Shown here: positions 39,140-51,324 of the stretch, in pieces
How positions within the stretch are numbered: position 1 is the stretch's first letter
Layout of the letters: each line of letters begins with the position of its first letter
Source: Camelus dromedarius
Lineage: Eukaryota
Assembly (NCBI RefSeq): GCF_036321535.1
Contig: NC_087437.1
Coordinates: 20,462,001 to 20,526,000, forward strand
Length of the DNA stretch: 64,000 bases
Direction of reading: 5' to 3'
Notes under the pieces: model-generated
Database searches by the model: none
Told to the model about the DNA's origin: nothing
Seen by the model: the letters and a program-made list of their open reading frames with translations, nothing else
Position numbers and translations under genes: made by a program

Positions 39140-41930
39140 GTAACCAAAACTGAGCAAAAACCGTTAAGGAGAAGGCAGATGCTGCTCAAACCCAGAGCCC
39201 ATCCATAAAAGGGGAGACCAGATCCCACAGAAGTCTGCACAACAGTCTGTTAAAAGACAAAATTTAACTGACTATATTTGAAGATCTAATTGGCTTTATT
39301 AAATGACTCATGAATCAAGCAACATCTCATCTGGCAAACAGAGAGATGCTGCAGGGAGTTACCCAACATACAGGCTTTTGGAACAAGAGAAAGAGGTCGT
39401 CAGTAAGGAAAAAAAAAGAAAGTACATTGGAGGAAAGTAAAAGTTCAAGTGAGGACAGTTTCTCATTGGCTGAACTGTGGCCGTTTCCATTGGCTGGGCT
39501 TGTTGCTGGGCAAGAAAAAAGCCTTCCTTCCTCCTGCTAGGGGAGTAAAGTAGTTGCACTTCCTGTTTGGTAGTGCAAGGTACCACTCTTCCTGTTGGGG
39601 TCAGTACCTGACATCTTCCTGTTGGGGTAACTGATTGCTGTTGAGGTAACTGATAATGAGGGATAGGGCATGAGAGCTCTCCCTACAGGCCTTCCCGATT
39701 CCAAGTTTAGCTGAGGTTTCCTTTATTAATTTTCACTAAGTATAGTAGCATTTCTCCCAATTCTTCCCCCAAAGGGACCTCCAGCCACTTATCAGAGCAG
39801 CTGTACACTGGGGCAAGTGAGATACCCAGACCTTTACAGTGCTGTTGTAAACAAGTTGTGAGCTGACACTGATACCGGGGTCCCAAATATGCCAGGTAGG
39901 ATAACAGAAATGAGTGCCATTCTCAAAGACTTAAAGATACATATGCCCCTTTAATTCATTGATGTAATCCCTGCAAAACCAGATGGATAACAGTGGGTGA
40001 TAGTAGACTACATAAACTTAACTATAGGCAGCCACATTTGCAGATTCTATGCCAGATACAATATCTTTTTTAGAGCAGATGAACACAGCCTCCAGTACCT
40101 GAAATGCATCTTTTGATCTGGTCCCATCAGGAAGGATGATCAAATCACTTCCCATTCACCTGGGATGGACAGCAGTGCACAGTTACAGTTTTGCTCTTAG
40201 GCTGTATTAACTCTCCTGCTCTGTCACAATATAACTTGAAGGAATCTTGATCCTCTTTACATTCCAGATTGGCCCATTACATTGATGAGATCACATTAAT
40301 TGGAGATGGAAACTAGGAAGTGACAAGTACTCTGAATATCCTGGAAACAAGCATTTATACCAGGTAATGGGGGACAAATCCTAACAAAGGTTGAGAAACC
40401 TGCCTAGCTACTGAGGTTTTTAGGAGTCCATGTTCTAGAATATGCCAAACATTTCCTCCAAAGGACAGGACCAGTTACTGTGCTTTGTGTCACCTGACAC
40501 TAAGAAAGAAACAACACTTGTTTTGGGTTTTGAGAGAGCATGTACTGCACTTGGGAATACTGCCTGACCCATTTCAGGTAATATGGAAGGCTGCCAGTTT
40601 TGAGTGGGGCCCAGAGCAAGAGGGAGTGTTGCAGTAGACTCAGGCTGTAGTACAAGTGGCCCTAATGCTTGGGCATATGGTCTGGCAGATCCAATGATGC
40701 TAGAGGCATCTGTGCTAGTATGGAGTCTCTGGCAAGACTTTAGATGAGAGTTGCAGCCCAGACCCCTAAGGTTCTGGAGCAAGGCCATGCTACAGTACAG
40801 AACCATTTGCCATTCAAAAAACAGCTTCTGGCCCATTACTGGACCCCAAGAGAAACTGAATGTCTGAACATAGAACATAATAAACTGGAGCAGTTTTCAG
40901 ATCCACTAAATCGCAAGCTGAGGCAGGCACAATTACAGTCTGTCATACAATGAGAAGAATGCTTTTGGAATCAGACTCAAGCCAGTATGGAGGAAACAAG
41001 AAAATTGTATGAACAGGTGGTCCAGGTGCCAGGTACCCTCCCTCTCTTACACTGGTGCCTTACCATCAGCCCACAACAATGGCCCCTGAGGGATTTCTCT
41101 GTAACCAATTGACACAAGAGTACTCCTACAAAAAAGGCCTGATAATAGTTAGGTCAGCACAGTATGTTGGTAAACATAATAATAAACTGCTGCTACACAG
41201 AATGGCCCTGAGAAGGAGTGGTGAGGGAAAATCCTCCTGGAGGGCAGCATTTAAAGTACAATTAGTCATCTACCTTGTGTGGAGGAAGAAGTGGCCTGAA
41301 ATAAGGATACAAAAAGACTTCCAGGTAATGGCAAATGGTTTGGCTGCTTGGTCAGGGGCCTGGAAGGATCAAGACTGGAAGAGTGGGAATGAGGATGTGT
41401 GAGAACCAGGCATGTGTTTGGAGATAGGGAATAGGCAAATATTGTGTGGGTCTTTCTGTCCCACATCAATGCTCTCCAGAGAGCATGAGTAGCAGAAGAA
41501 GCACTGAATAAACAGATGGATACGATGACTCATCCAGTGAATGGCAGTGAGCTTCTGTCCTCAGCCACCTCGATCCTTGCAAAGAGTTTCATAAATGAAT
41601 GCACTAGTCATGGTGGTCTGACATGATGCACTGCCTCTCACCAAGGCTGATCTAACTACCACCACTGCTGAATGCCTGACCATCAGCAGTACAGGCCAAT
41701 GCTGAGCCCTTGATATGGTACCATCCCTCAGGGACATAAGCAGTCATTTGGTGTCAAGTTCATTATCTTAGACCTCTTCTACCCTGGAGGGGGCAACAAC
41801 TCATCTTTACTCAGAAATGACACATATTCTGATTATGTGTTTGCCTTTTCTGTTCTAAGCACATTAGCCGGCACCATTATCTGCCAGCCACAGATTGTCT
41901 GCTTCTGAGGGAACCAAACCTAAGGCAGTC
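39140..41930 (+). mobile_element. degraded ERVL-class internal region (protease, RT, RNase H), interrupted by an LTR
   Basis: Remnant peptides with stops and frameshifts: PQRDLQP..VHWG..ELTLIP (~39767-39880), FTWDGQQ..TVL..INSPALCHN-like (~40150-40235), AHYIDEITLIG (YIDD motif remnant, 40278-40289), KKQLLAHYW (~40815-40845). Confidence 0.85.
39248..39735 (-). mobile_element. solo LTR (ERV1-like) inserted in the ERVL internal region
   Basis: TG..CA ends; on the minus strand ends aataaagccaattagatc..aattttgtcttttaaca, the same R/U5 as the LTR ending at 43830. Confidence 0.7.
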
Positions 41931-42610
41931 AGCAAATCAAAAAGTTGGTTCTTTGAAAAGTAATAAAATATATAAAATCCTAGCAAGATTGGACCAGAAA
42001 AGGAGAAAGAACAAATAAACAATATTACAAATTAAAAAGAAGACAGAACTAAGGGTGCTGCTGAGATTTGAAAGGACTAAGATAAATAACTGGAGAAGGG
42101 AACACTCTTCCTTAAAGAGACTGCCAACTAATAAATATAGAAGAAATGAACGTGTTAGAAAAATCACTTTTGCAAGCATCATTGTAATGATTGATGCAGG
42201 CAACTCATGTGTGAAAGTTTGATTAGGAAAAAGATAGTGCCACCATTTTTTTCAAAGTACCTCCCACAAATTACTTATTTAATACAGAAAGTAAAATAGT
42301 TACTTTACAGAGGAGGAAACTGTTGGGCATCACCTTAACCAAGTGACCCAAGTTAAGATAATAAATCATCAATTGACTCATGACGTTATGCAATGAGAAG
42401 CAAACAATATTTTGTAGTAATCCTACAAAAAAAAAAAATACATAACTCAAATCTCCCACAAGGAACATGAGACAAGTTCAACATGAGAGACATGTATAGA
42501 ACAACCATCCTGTCCTTTCCAAAATGTAAATTTCACAAAGGACCAAGGACTCTCCAAGAGACTATTCAAGATTAAATGAAATCTAAGAACAATGACAACT
42601 ACATGCAATG

Positions 42611-43165
42611 TGTAACACAAGGGAGGAAAAATTATTTTCCCCTCTACCTTTCTAGGTTCATGGCTAAGACACTCTGTAGTAAAAGACAGATTAACAGGCA
42701 AAAAACAAACAGAATTTTAATAATATATATTTCATGTATACATGGAAGATATCCAGGAAAACTGAGTAACACCTGAAGGAATGGCCCAAGCCACTCCTTA
42801 AATACCATCTCTAGCTAAAGACAAAACAATATATTGGGACAGGGAAGGGGAGAGGCCACTTATGGGGGTGACCAAGAAAAGCACAGTAGACAATTATAAA
42901 GTTGTTATACAGATTTACATCATTGCTTTCTCTATTGATAAGAGTTTCCTGAGATTTAGAGTCATCCTCTTTCTGGTCTAAAGAGACAAGGAGTTGCCCC
43001 TACAAATGCAGATTTCTCTTATAAATGTAAATGTCTCTTACAAAAGGGTAACTTCCACTCCATTTTTAGAGCTTTTCCTATGTCTGCTGTTTCTTAAAGT
43101 AATTAGCCTAAAATTGATCTTTATGCCAAAGAGGCATATTTTGGGGTGAGAAATTCTCCCTTTCA
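42611..43165 (-). mobile_element. MER34/MER39-like ERV1 solo LTR
   Basis: Minus strand starts tgaaagggaga..caccccaaaatatgcctctttggcataa, typical of MER34-group LTRs; interrupts an L1MC 3' region. Confidence 0.7.
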
Positions 43166-43384
43166 CTACAGAAGACATTATTAGGACAACTAGCAAAAGT
43201 AGAATGTGAACTGTATTTTAGATAATACCAAATTGTCTAACACTTAGATAAATACTAAATTTCCTGAATTCATTAAATTTCCTGTGGTTATGTAAAAGAG
43301 TGCCCTTATTCTCAGAAAATAAATACTGAAGTACTAAGGTTTGAAGGGACATGATATCCTCAACTTAGTCTCAAATGATTCAGG

Positions 43385-43830
43385 ATCAAAAAATAAAAAA
43401 TAGGGTGGGGGGGTATCACTTGCACTAAAGCTCACAATATCAAACCTAGGTTTAATACTTGACCTACTTGCAGTATTGACCTTCACCAGGGATGTAATCT
43501 TAATCAGCCAGTCTGGAATTTTCTGGTCAGCACCAAGGAGGTTATCTGTCGCATGAAACCAACCTCTCTAGCTCCTCAAAGGAAATAGAGATGAACTGTA
43601 TGACAGACTCTTGCCCTTTGTCCAGAAGATGACCTGGAAACATTTCTCTGTTTTCTTTTGCTAATAGCCTCCCTGCCCCTCCCTCCTCCTGCTTATAAAA
43701 CCCTTTGATTTTGTATATCCCCTCAGAGTGCCCTTCTATTTACTAGATGGTATACTGCCCAATTCATGAGCTGTTGAATAAAGTCAATTAGATCTTTAAA
43801 ATTATTCAGCTGAATTTTGTTTTTTTAACG
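43385..43830 (+). mobile_element. ERV1-like solo LTR
   Basis: TATA (cttataaaa, ~43693), AATAAA (~43777), U5 similar to the 39248-39735 LTR; 5' boundary uncertain. Confidence 0.7.
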
Positions 43831-43881
43831 AGAGAAAGAGAAATGCTATAGTAAATATGGCAATATATTAACAGTAGGTAA

Positions 43882-44030
43882 GAGGGAAGGGTGTAGCTCA
43901 AGTGGTAGAGCACATGCTCAGCATGCAGGAGGTTCTGGGTTCAATCCCCAATACCTCCTCCAAAAAACAAAGAAATAAACCTAATTAACTCCTCCCCAGA
44001 AAAGAACATTCTAAAACAAAACAAAACAAA
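43882..44030 (+). mobile_element. vic-1-type SINE
   Basis: gggtgtagctcaagtggtagagcacatgctcagcatg..gggttcaatcccc followed by an A-rich tail. Confidence 0.85.
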
Positions 44031-44637
44031 GGGCAAATCTAAGTAAAGAATACATTTCTTTAGTATAATTCCTATAATTTTTCTGTAAGTTTGAATTTAT
44101 TCCAAAATAAAATTTTAAATAAACTCAAAGAATAAAGGAATAAGATAATATTGTGAATAATATTATACCAGTAAATTTTAAAATATAAATGAAATGAATA
44201 AATTTCCAGAAAAGTCAAACTTGATAAAAGTGACTCAACTAGAAAATTTAAATCAACGTATAGTCATTTAAGAAACTAAGTCAGCAGTTCAAAATTTTCC
44301 CCACAATTAAACAACAGGCCAGACTAGATGGATTTACAGGTGAGTTCTACCAAACTTTCCAGGAACAAATATTTCAAATCTATAGCCAGTTATTCAGAAG
44401 CAAGGTGGTCCCTGTAAACCCCCAGCTTTGGCTGGTATCTGAAGTGAGGCCAGTCTGTGGAACACTGTGTCTTCACTCATGAAGTCTGGCTGAACTCTGG
44501 GTGATTAGTGTCAGAAGTCATTGCAGCAAAGAACAGATAAACCAAAACCTAATAATAATGGTCTTATAAAAGGGGAACAAGAGAAGAGATGGGCTGAGAT
44601 AGGGTAGAAACTACACTTCTCTGGATGTACCTTATGC

Positions 44638-44850
44638 TGTGGTATTAAAAATAAGAAAACAGGACCAAAATAGGGTTGCTTATGCTAAGCTCCATGTCAC
44701 CAAACCAAGACTTCATTACCATTTTGGCTCTCCCAGAAATGGAATCTTACACCAATTAATCAGAAATTGGTCAGGACTAGTTAGGTAATCTGCCTAATAG
44801 ACCCCTGCCATCCTCTAAAGGAAAGTAACCTTGCATAATTACATGATTGC
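44638..44850 (+). mobile_element. ERV1-like LTR fragment
   Basis: U3-like motifs shared with 43385-43830 (ggaatctta..tcag..ggtaatctg..aaaggaaa). Confidence 0.5.
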
Positions 44851-44935
44851 CTGGGGCCTCGGTACCTTGGAACCAACTAGAAGGAGCTTCCACTAGTGAA
44901 AAATGGAATAATTTGAGCATCACAAATAATAATTA

Positions 44936-45360
44936 AGAATGAAATATTGTCATTTGCTATAACATGGATGGACCTAGAGAATAATATACTAAGTGAAGTA
45001 AGTCAGACAGAGAAAGACAAATATTATACGACATCACTTATAAGTGGAATCTAAGAAATAATACAAATGAATCTATATACAAAACAGAAACAGACTCAGA
45101 CATAGAAAACAAACTTACAGTCACCAAAGGGGAAAGTGATAGGGGGAGGGATAAATTAGAAGTATGGGATTAATAGATACAAACTATTTATACATAAAAT
45201 AGATAAGCAACAAGGATTTACTGTATAGCACAGGGAACTATATTCAAAAATCTTTAATAACCTATAATGGAAAATAATCTGAAAAAATATATGTGTATAA
45301 CTGAATTCCTTTGCTACATGCCTGGAACTAATACAATATTCAACTATACTTCAATTAAAA
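44936..45360 (+). mobile_element. artiodactyl/camelid L1 3' end
   Basis: acatggatggacctagaga..tactaagtgaagtaagtcagacagagaaagac..caactatacttcaat; flanked by aaataataatta. Confidence 0.9.
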
Positions 45361-45931
45361 TAATAATTATTATTATTTCAACACATTGAAACAAGTATGT
45401 AAAAATGTACTTTATAAAACACAACAAATACATAAAAATTCATTGATTTGTAATGATAACTTTATAAAGCCACCATTGGATGTCTTTGGAGGTTGCCAGG
45501 ATGTCAACTCATTCTGAAACTGACACATAAAAAGAAAGAATCTAGCATTTACTTTGCCTCTCCTATTAAGACTCCTTTTCAGGGTAACCAAATAATTGAT
45601 TAAACTCTTCTTTACGGGAAAATTACAACTGATAAATGTAGGAAGACTTAATGACTTGGAAAATCACTATTCTGCAATCTCTAATGAAATCACAGATACA
45701 GATAATGATCAACAATGGCTGCCCAAAGCATCGAGTGAAAAAGGTAGATGGGAGACTTCTAATGGATGGATTATAGGCTGACTCCATCTGAACCAGCTGA
45801 TCGATACCAAGATCACCAAAAATGAGACAAGCAGATAATTATGTATCTCCCGATGTGATGCAGTAGGAAGTACACAGCACCGCCTATAGAGAAATTTTGC
45901 CAAATAAATATTTAAAATTTTTCAACATTTT

Positions 45932-46125
45932 TGGCAGATAAAAACTACTATGTACAGAATAGATAAACAACAAGGTCCTACTGTATAGCACAAGGAACTA
46001 TATTCAATGGTTTGTAGTAATCTGTAATGGAAAAGAATATGTATATATGTATAACCAAATCACTATGCTGTACACCAGAAACTAATACAACATTGTAAAC
46101 CAACTATACTTCAATTTTTAAAAAT
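45932..46125 (+). mobile_element. camelid L1 3' end
   Basis: aaacaacaaggtcctactgtatagcaca..tgctgtacaccagaaactaatacaacattgtaa. Confidence 0.85.
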
Positions 46126-46653
46126 TGGGAAAAAAATTGTTGTGAAAAAGAAAAAGAAAAGGAAGATATTAAATCTACTCAAGTCTCTGGTTCTAATGAT
46201 TATCAGAAATACAAGGGATGGAATAACATGTAAATAACAGTTCAGAAATTAAATCAGATAAATATAGTAGGCAAGAAATTCTATAGAACCACAATTTAGT
46301 TTCTTCATCAAACAGCATTTTTTTAAAAATGGAAAAGTTTTACAGCCTATAAGAGATTTAAGGAACATATTAACCAAGTTAAATGTGTGCCTTTTTGCAT
46401 CTTGGTTCAAATAAACCAACAATAAAAATATAACAGTTTGGAAAAACAGGAAAAATTGAACTCAGCCTGGATATTAGATGACACAGAAGAATTATTATTA
46501 CGGGGGTGGGAGGTGGTATTCATGAGTATATGGCTACACTTCTTAAAAGTCCCTATCTGTTAGAAGTACACACACTACTGTATTTACACATTAAATGATA
46601 TGATGCCAGGGAATTTCAAATACTCAGGAAAAAAGTGGGAGAAGAGATGGTAC

Positions 46654-47429
46654 AAGAGTGGCAGGAAACAACAAGTTCATATTGTACATCACAGGGAACT
46701 ATATTCAATATCGTAGTAACTTATAGTGAAAAAGAATATGAAAATGAATATATGTATGTTCATATATGACTGAAGTTTGTGCTGTACACCAGAAATTGAC
46801 ACAACACTGTAAACAGACTATATGTCAATAAAAATACATAAATACAAACACACACACACACACACACACAAAAGAAAAAAAGGAGTGAAAGCAGAGGTAG
46901 GATGAATTCCATAGCATACAAAACAAATGTCAATACAATGCCCCTTTGCGATGTTTCTTTATAGATACTTAAGTTTCACTTAAGAAATACCATAATTCAT
47001 AACAGTTGTACACTCTGTACATTGACTGCTATAGATTTCCTTACAATTGAATGTGTTTAATTACATATAAATCCTTAGCCTCCCCATAAGACCTGGGAGA
47101 ATAATTATAAACAAGCAACTTCAATTTCCAGCAAATTTCCCTTCTCTACATGGTAAGAAAAACAAAGCAGAACAAAACTGGGGAAGTTCAAAGGAAACTC
47201 AGCTTGGTCAAAAGTCAAAGATGGCTGAATTTATTATAATGTTAAGCCATGTTTTACCAAAAATGATGTGTGAAACGATATCAATACTTGTTTAATTATA
47301 ATGTATATTTTTCCCTAAAATTCTCTGTTTAGAACAATGAATGATCCCGAAAACTGTCAAATATTTGTGTAGACTTTAGTTAAAATAAATAGCAAATATG
47401 TGTCAAAAGAAAAAAAGAATGGCAGGAAA
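46654..47429 (+). mobile_element. 5'-truncated camelid-type L1 with ~520-bp 3' transduction, flanked by TSD
   Basis: TSD aagagtggcaggaaa (46654-46668) / aagaatggcaggaaa (47415-47429). L1 3' end to ~46835, (CA)n/A tail to 46881, non-L1 sequence 46882-47404, AATAAA 47384-47389, second A-tail from 47405. Confidence 0.8.
46848..46870. repeat. (CA)n microsatellite in L1 tail
   Basis: acacacac.. run. Confidence 0.95.
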
Positions 47430-48000
47430 TTGATCACTGTTGAATTTGGATGATACGTTATGAGGATTATTTATAACAGTCTCTTTATTTTTATGTATGT
47501 TCTGTAATAAAAAGTTAAACATATTATCACCTTAATAGTTTCAGAAAAAGCTCATTGATCATGTTCAACAGCTATTCATAACTGCTATCCTTAGCAAATT
47601 AGGAATAGAAGGGAATTTATTTAACTAAGCATGACTATCAAAACCTGCAGCAAACATTACAGTTCATAATGAAACAAAAACTTTGTTTTAAATCAAGGCT
47701 AAAATAAGGATGCCCCTACTATCACCACTTCTTAGCAACATTGAATCACAGAACCTAATCAGTACAGTAACTGGAGAAAAAGAAGCAGATAGAGGGGTTG
47801 GAAAGGAACAAATAAGTTAATTTTCTCAAAAGAAATGATTCTCTACATAGAAAAATCCAAAGTGACAATAAAATTATTAGTATAATTCTCAGAATCACTA
47901 AGTTTAGTAAGGGAATGGTAAAGAAAACAATAGTATCTACCTTCAGTGGGGAGAGAGCAGATTTAAATGGAATAGGACACAGGTGGCTTGCTTTCTTAAA

Positions 48001-48152
48001 ATTTTTTTATTTGTTTAGTGAGGAGGTAGTTTTATCTATCTATCTATTTATCTGTCTACTTATTTACTTATTTTAATAGAGGTACTGGGGATTGAACCCG
48101 GAACCTCATGTATGCTAACCATGCACTCTGCCACTGAGCTATACCCTCCCCC
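48001..48152 (-). mobile_element. vic-1-type SINE
   Basis: Reverse complement of the same head (gaggtactggggattgaacc..ccactgagctataccctcccc); ggtggctt on both flanks. Confidence 0.85.
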
Positions 48153-48238
48153 TATGGGTGGCTTTCAAAAGCACTGGTAATGTTCGATTCTTAAGATGGA
48201 TGGTGGAGAGAAGGCTGTTTATTATTCTACATACCTTA

Positions 48239-48240
<2 letters not shown>

Positions 48241-48275
<35 letters not shown>
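48241..48275. repeat. (GT)17 microsatellite
   Basis: Perfect GT run. Confidence 0.95.
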
Positions 48276-48276
<1 letters not shown>

Positions 48277-49151
48277 TTTTGTTTGTATGAAATATATAAT
48301 AAAAAATTAAAAGCAAATAAAAAATAATGGATTCCCTATGTCTGGGATTTCTAAAGCATAAAACTTGTCTGTTGGGGATGTCATAGAGATAATTCTTCCT
48401 TTGGGAAAATCACAGTAACTTGCTTTTGAGTGTCCATTGCCATTTTCAAAGGTTTTCTAATAGTCGTATTACCAGATTGTTGCCATGTTGCAGTATGAAC
48501 TTGAGATTGTCCATGCCAAAGGCTCAGAAATAGCCAAAATAAAACCAGCGAATCTCAGAAGTAGTAATTGGTGTAAAAAGAAAATTATTGTGCACAACAC
48601 CAAAAAGACAGCTTGCAAACTGGGAGCACTCAAACCAAACATGGAATGAGGCTCCAGGGTATACCGTTACAAAACAGCTCATATAGTGAGAAGGCGGTGT
48701 CTTCATAGTAATTGGTAATTAAGCTAAATTAATGACTAGACCGGTTTTGTCTGCTCAGGGAAATTTCAAGACCAGTCTCCACTTGCTTTTGACTTTAACT
48801 CCAAATATTCAGATAAATACCAAAAATCTGTAAATAAAAAACTTCTAATGTATGCAACTATTTTGAAACACTGCGTGGTTCAACACTGGGAAGGCCCAAC
48901 AAAAGATATGGACCTGTAGGCTTCTAGGCTGTGACCTCTGTCTAGACTCATAGTCTTAGTGGTAGCCTTTAACCCTGAGTGAGTAGGGTCATTCCCTTTA
49001 AGATGGGGCCTGAGTTCTCCAGTACACCCCGTAACTCCCCATTCTTCTCACATCCTACCCTCTTCATTCTTCTGCACTTCCTGCTTGGTCCAGCAGGTGG
49101 CTGAGTTTGTGAACCTATCTCCCTGAATCTACGGCATTCATAGAAATCTGC

Positions 49152-49187
49152 CTGTAGTTCTCTCAATTCACCATCAGAGGGCAGGCG
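49152..49187 (+). promoter_or_regulatory. candidate CTCF site with upstream motif
   Basis: Core ccatcagagggcag at 49171; ctgtagttc (CTGCAGTTC-like upstream module) begins 19 bp before the core. Confidence 0.55.
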
Positions 49188-49657
49188 TGGAAACTAAGAG
49201 GAGAAACTAGCTTTTGCTATTACCGGTACGTTCAGGGAATGGAATCTAAGGACTAATCAGGACGTGCCTGAATTTTAACCATGAAAATTTTACATGTTTA
49301 TCTGAATTGACAAGTATTCTGCAAACATCATGTGTGAGACTGGGAATGTTCGTGTCTTGTTAGTGGCAAAATCAGTGGCAACAGTTGAAGTGGGACCTCT
49401 ATAGAGGGGCTGCTCTAAGGATCAGAGCTTGGCACTACTCAAGCATGTGGCTCTGGACGACCAGGAACTTCGTTTATTTCAGAAACTCTGAGAAAAGAGT
49501 GAATGATTCAGTAAACTTCAATCTCACTTTTCTGCCAAACATGTCTCTAGAAGAGAAACCCTCTAGGTCTGCTCTCCTCAGATAGGAAATGAGGAGAAAC
49601 TCCATATGGGGCAAGGGGGGACAAGCTAGCGTCTGTCACAGACAGTGGGCAGTTACA

Positions 49658-49873
49658 CAGTGTGTGATGTGCTGGTTAATATTTAGCAACCAGTTCTCAA
49701 AACAAACAAGCCAAAAACTCTGATTTGTGGCATTTGCCATTTTCATGGTATAAATACTCCCACCTTGGCCAACTCCAAGCTGCCAGCATGGCATCACTGA
49801 ACATAGAGTTGGGAACAGATACACACAATGGGTTCTCACGAGCCCCAGCAAGAACAGGCCAGCTTTACCACAG
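49658..49873. mobile_element. MER63A (hAT-Blackjack)
   Basis: tgtgctgg..taaatactcccacc..tcactgaac..gagttgggaa. Confidence 0.8.
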
Positions 49874-49934
49874 GCTTTACCACTGACTCCCACCTACCTT
49901 CCACCTCCATTTCAAAGTTAAATCAATTGTAGAA

Positions 49935-50705
49935 GCAGGCCCACCCTAACATTTGCAGGATTTAGGGTAAAGATACAAATGGAGGCTCATAGACATGTGT
50001 CTAAATATTTGTTATAAGTAAAACTAACAAACTGTTCATTATATATATGTATATTATATATATATATATATATATATATTCAATATAGCTTACCTTATCT
50101 TACTCTGTATTTTCTGCTCAGTTCTGTTGTGAACCTGAAACTGCTCTAAAAGAATAAAGTCTATTTAAAAAATTAAAAAATAAGATAAAAATAAAATAAA
50201 ATATAGCTTATCTTGCTGCCATGACAAATTACCTGGAAAGTCAGGTTTAAGTTTAGAATTTTATGCCTAACACAGCCAGACAGAAGAAGCCATCCCTGGC
50301 CCTCTATCCCAGGCCTAGCCCCTGCCCCTGCTCACCTCGGCACACACAAGCCCTAGCCCATGCTTCCAAGCACCCCTGTACCCTGTGCAAACAGCTGCCC
50401 CTTGGCAAATCCTTGGCCCAAGTGTGAGCACACTGGCAGTGTGGTCTCTGCATGGGAGAATGGGCCAGGGCAGAGGCCATACCAGCATAAAAGTGGACTT
50501 GAGGTCATCTGGGCAGGGAATTATGGGGTCCCAAGTATCTGAAACATGGAGGAAGGGGTGAGTCTTCAAGTGAGCATGTCCCCATTGCCCTGTAGATTTT
50601 TCATCCCCTACGGAGGGTAAAGTCAGCCCAGGGCCAGAGCAGACCCTTCACAGTACAAGATGCAGAGCAGGGAGCTTTCTCTCCCAAGCCTGAGGACGAT
50701 CACTG
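49935..50705. mobile_element. MER115/Zaphod-like hAT element with (TA)n and nested ~100-bp L1 3' end
   Basis: tacaaatggaggc start block; nested L1 fragment 50097-50199 with TSD aatatagctta(c/t)ctt. Confidence 0.55.
50041..50079. repeat. (TA)n microsatellite
   Basis: Imperfect TA run. Confidence 0.9.
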
Positions 50706-50922
50706 CACAGAAGTCCCTTCTGCTGTCCATGTCTTCTGATGGTCCTCAGTGTTTAAGCCCCCTACCTGGACAGGGCTCCTGAAAATTTGATCACTTGGCT
50801 GAAGTACTGAGTACTTACAATTAGCTGGGACTGAGCTGTACAGTAAAGGAATGAAAAGATCCTTCTGCCCCAATATTCTTAAAAGAGTGGTTCATTACAT
50901 TGAGTCTTCACTTACACTTTAG

Positions 50923-51324
50923 GGCAGGGTCAGCAAAGCAAGACCTAAGGACCAAATCCTACCCAGCTGTTTTCATATTGCTCTTGAGTTTAGAATGGAT
51001 TTTGCATTTTGAAAGAGTTTTAAAAAAAAATCAGAAGACTATAACAGAAACATTATACTGTACACCAGAAACGGACACAACACTGTAAACTGACTATATT
51101 TCAATCAAAAAAAGAATATTTCATGACACGGGGAAATTATATGAAATTCTAACTTCAGTGTCCATAAATAAAATTTTGGGGTGAAACAGCCCTTAATATT
51201 TGTTTACACATCGTCTGTGGCTATTTTCGCTCTACGCAGAATTGAACGGTTGTGTCAGAGACTATGGTCACAAAGCCTAAATTATTTATTCTGACCCTTT
51301 ACCAGAAAAGTCTGCCAACCCCTG
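50923..51324. mobile_element. MER58B with nested ~70-bp camelid L1 end (~51040-51112)
   Basis: cagggtcagcaaa..tcagtgtccataaataaa..aaagtctgccaacccctg. Confidence 0.8.

Larger units (their letters stand above)
41930..47930 (+). mobile_element. mosaic of old L1 (L1MC/L1ME) ORF2 and 3'UTR fragments hosting many younger insertions
   Basis: caaaaagttggttctttgaaaag, ccagatggattt..ggtgagttctaccaaac, aaattaggaatagaagggaa and L1MC 3'UTR blocks. Confidence 0.7.
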
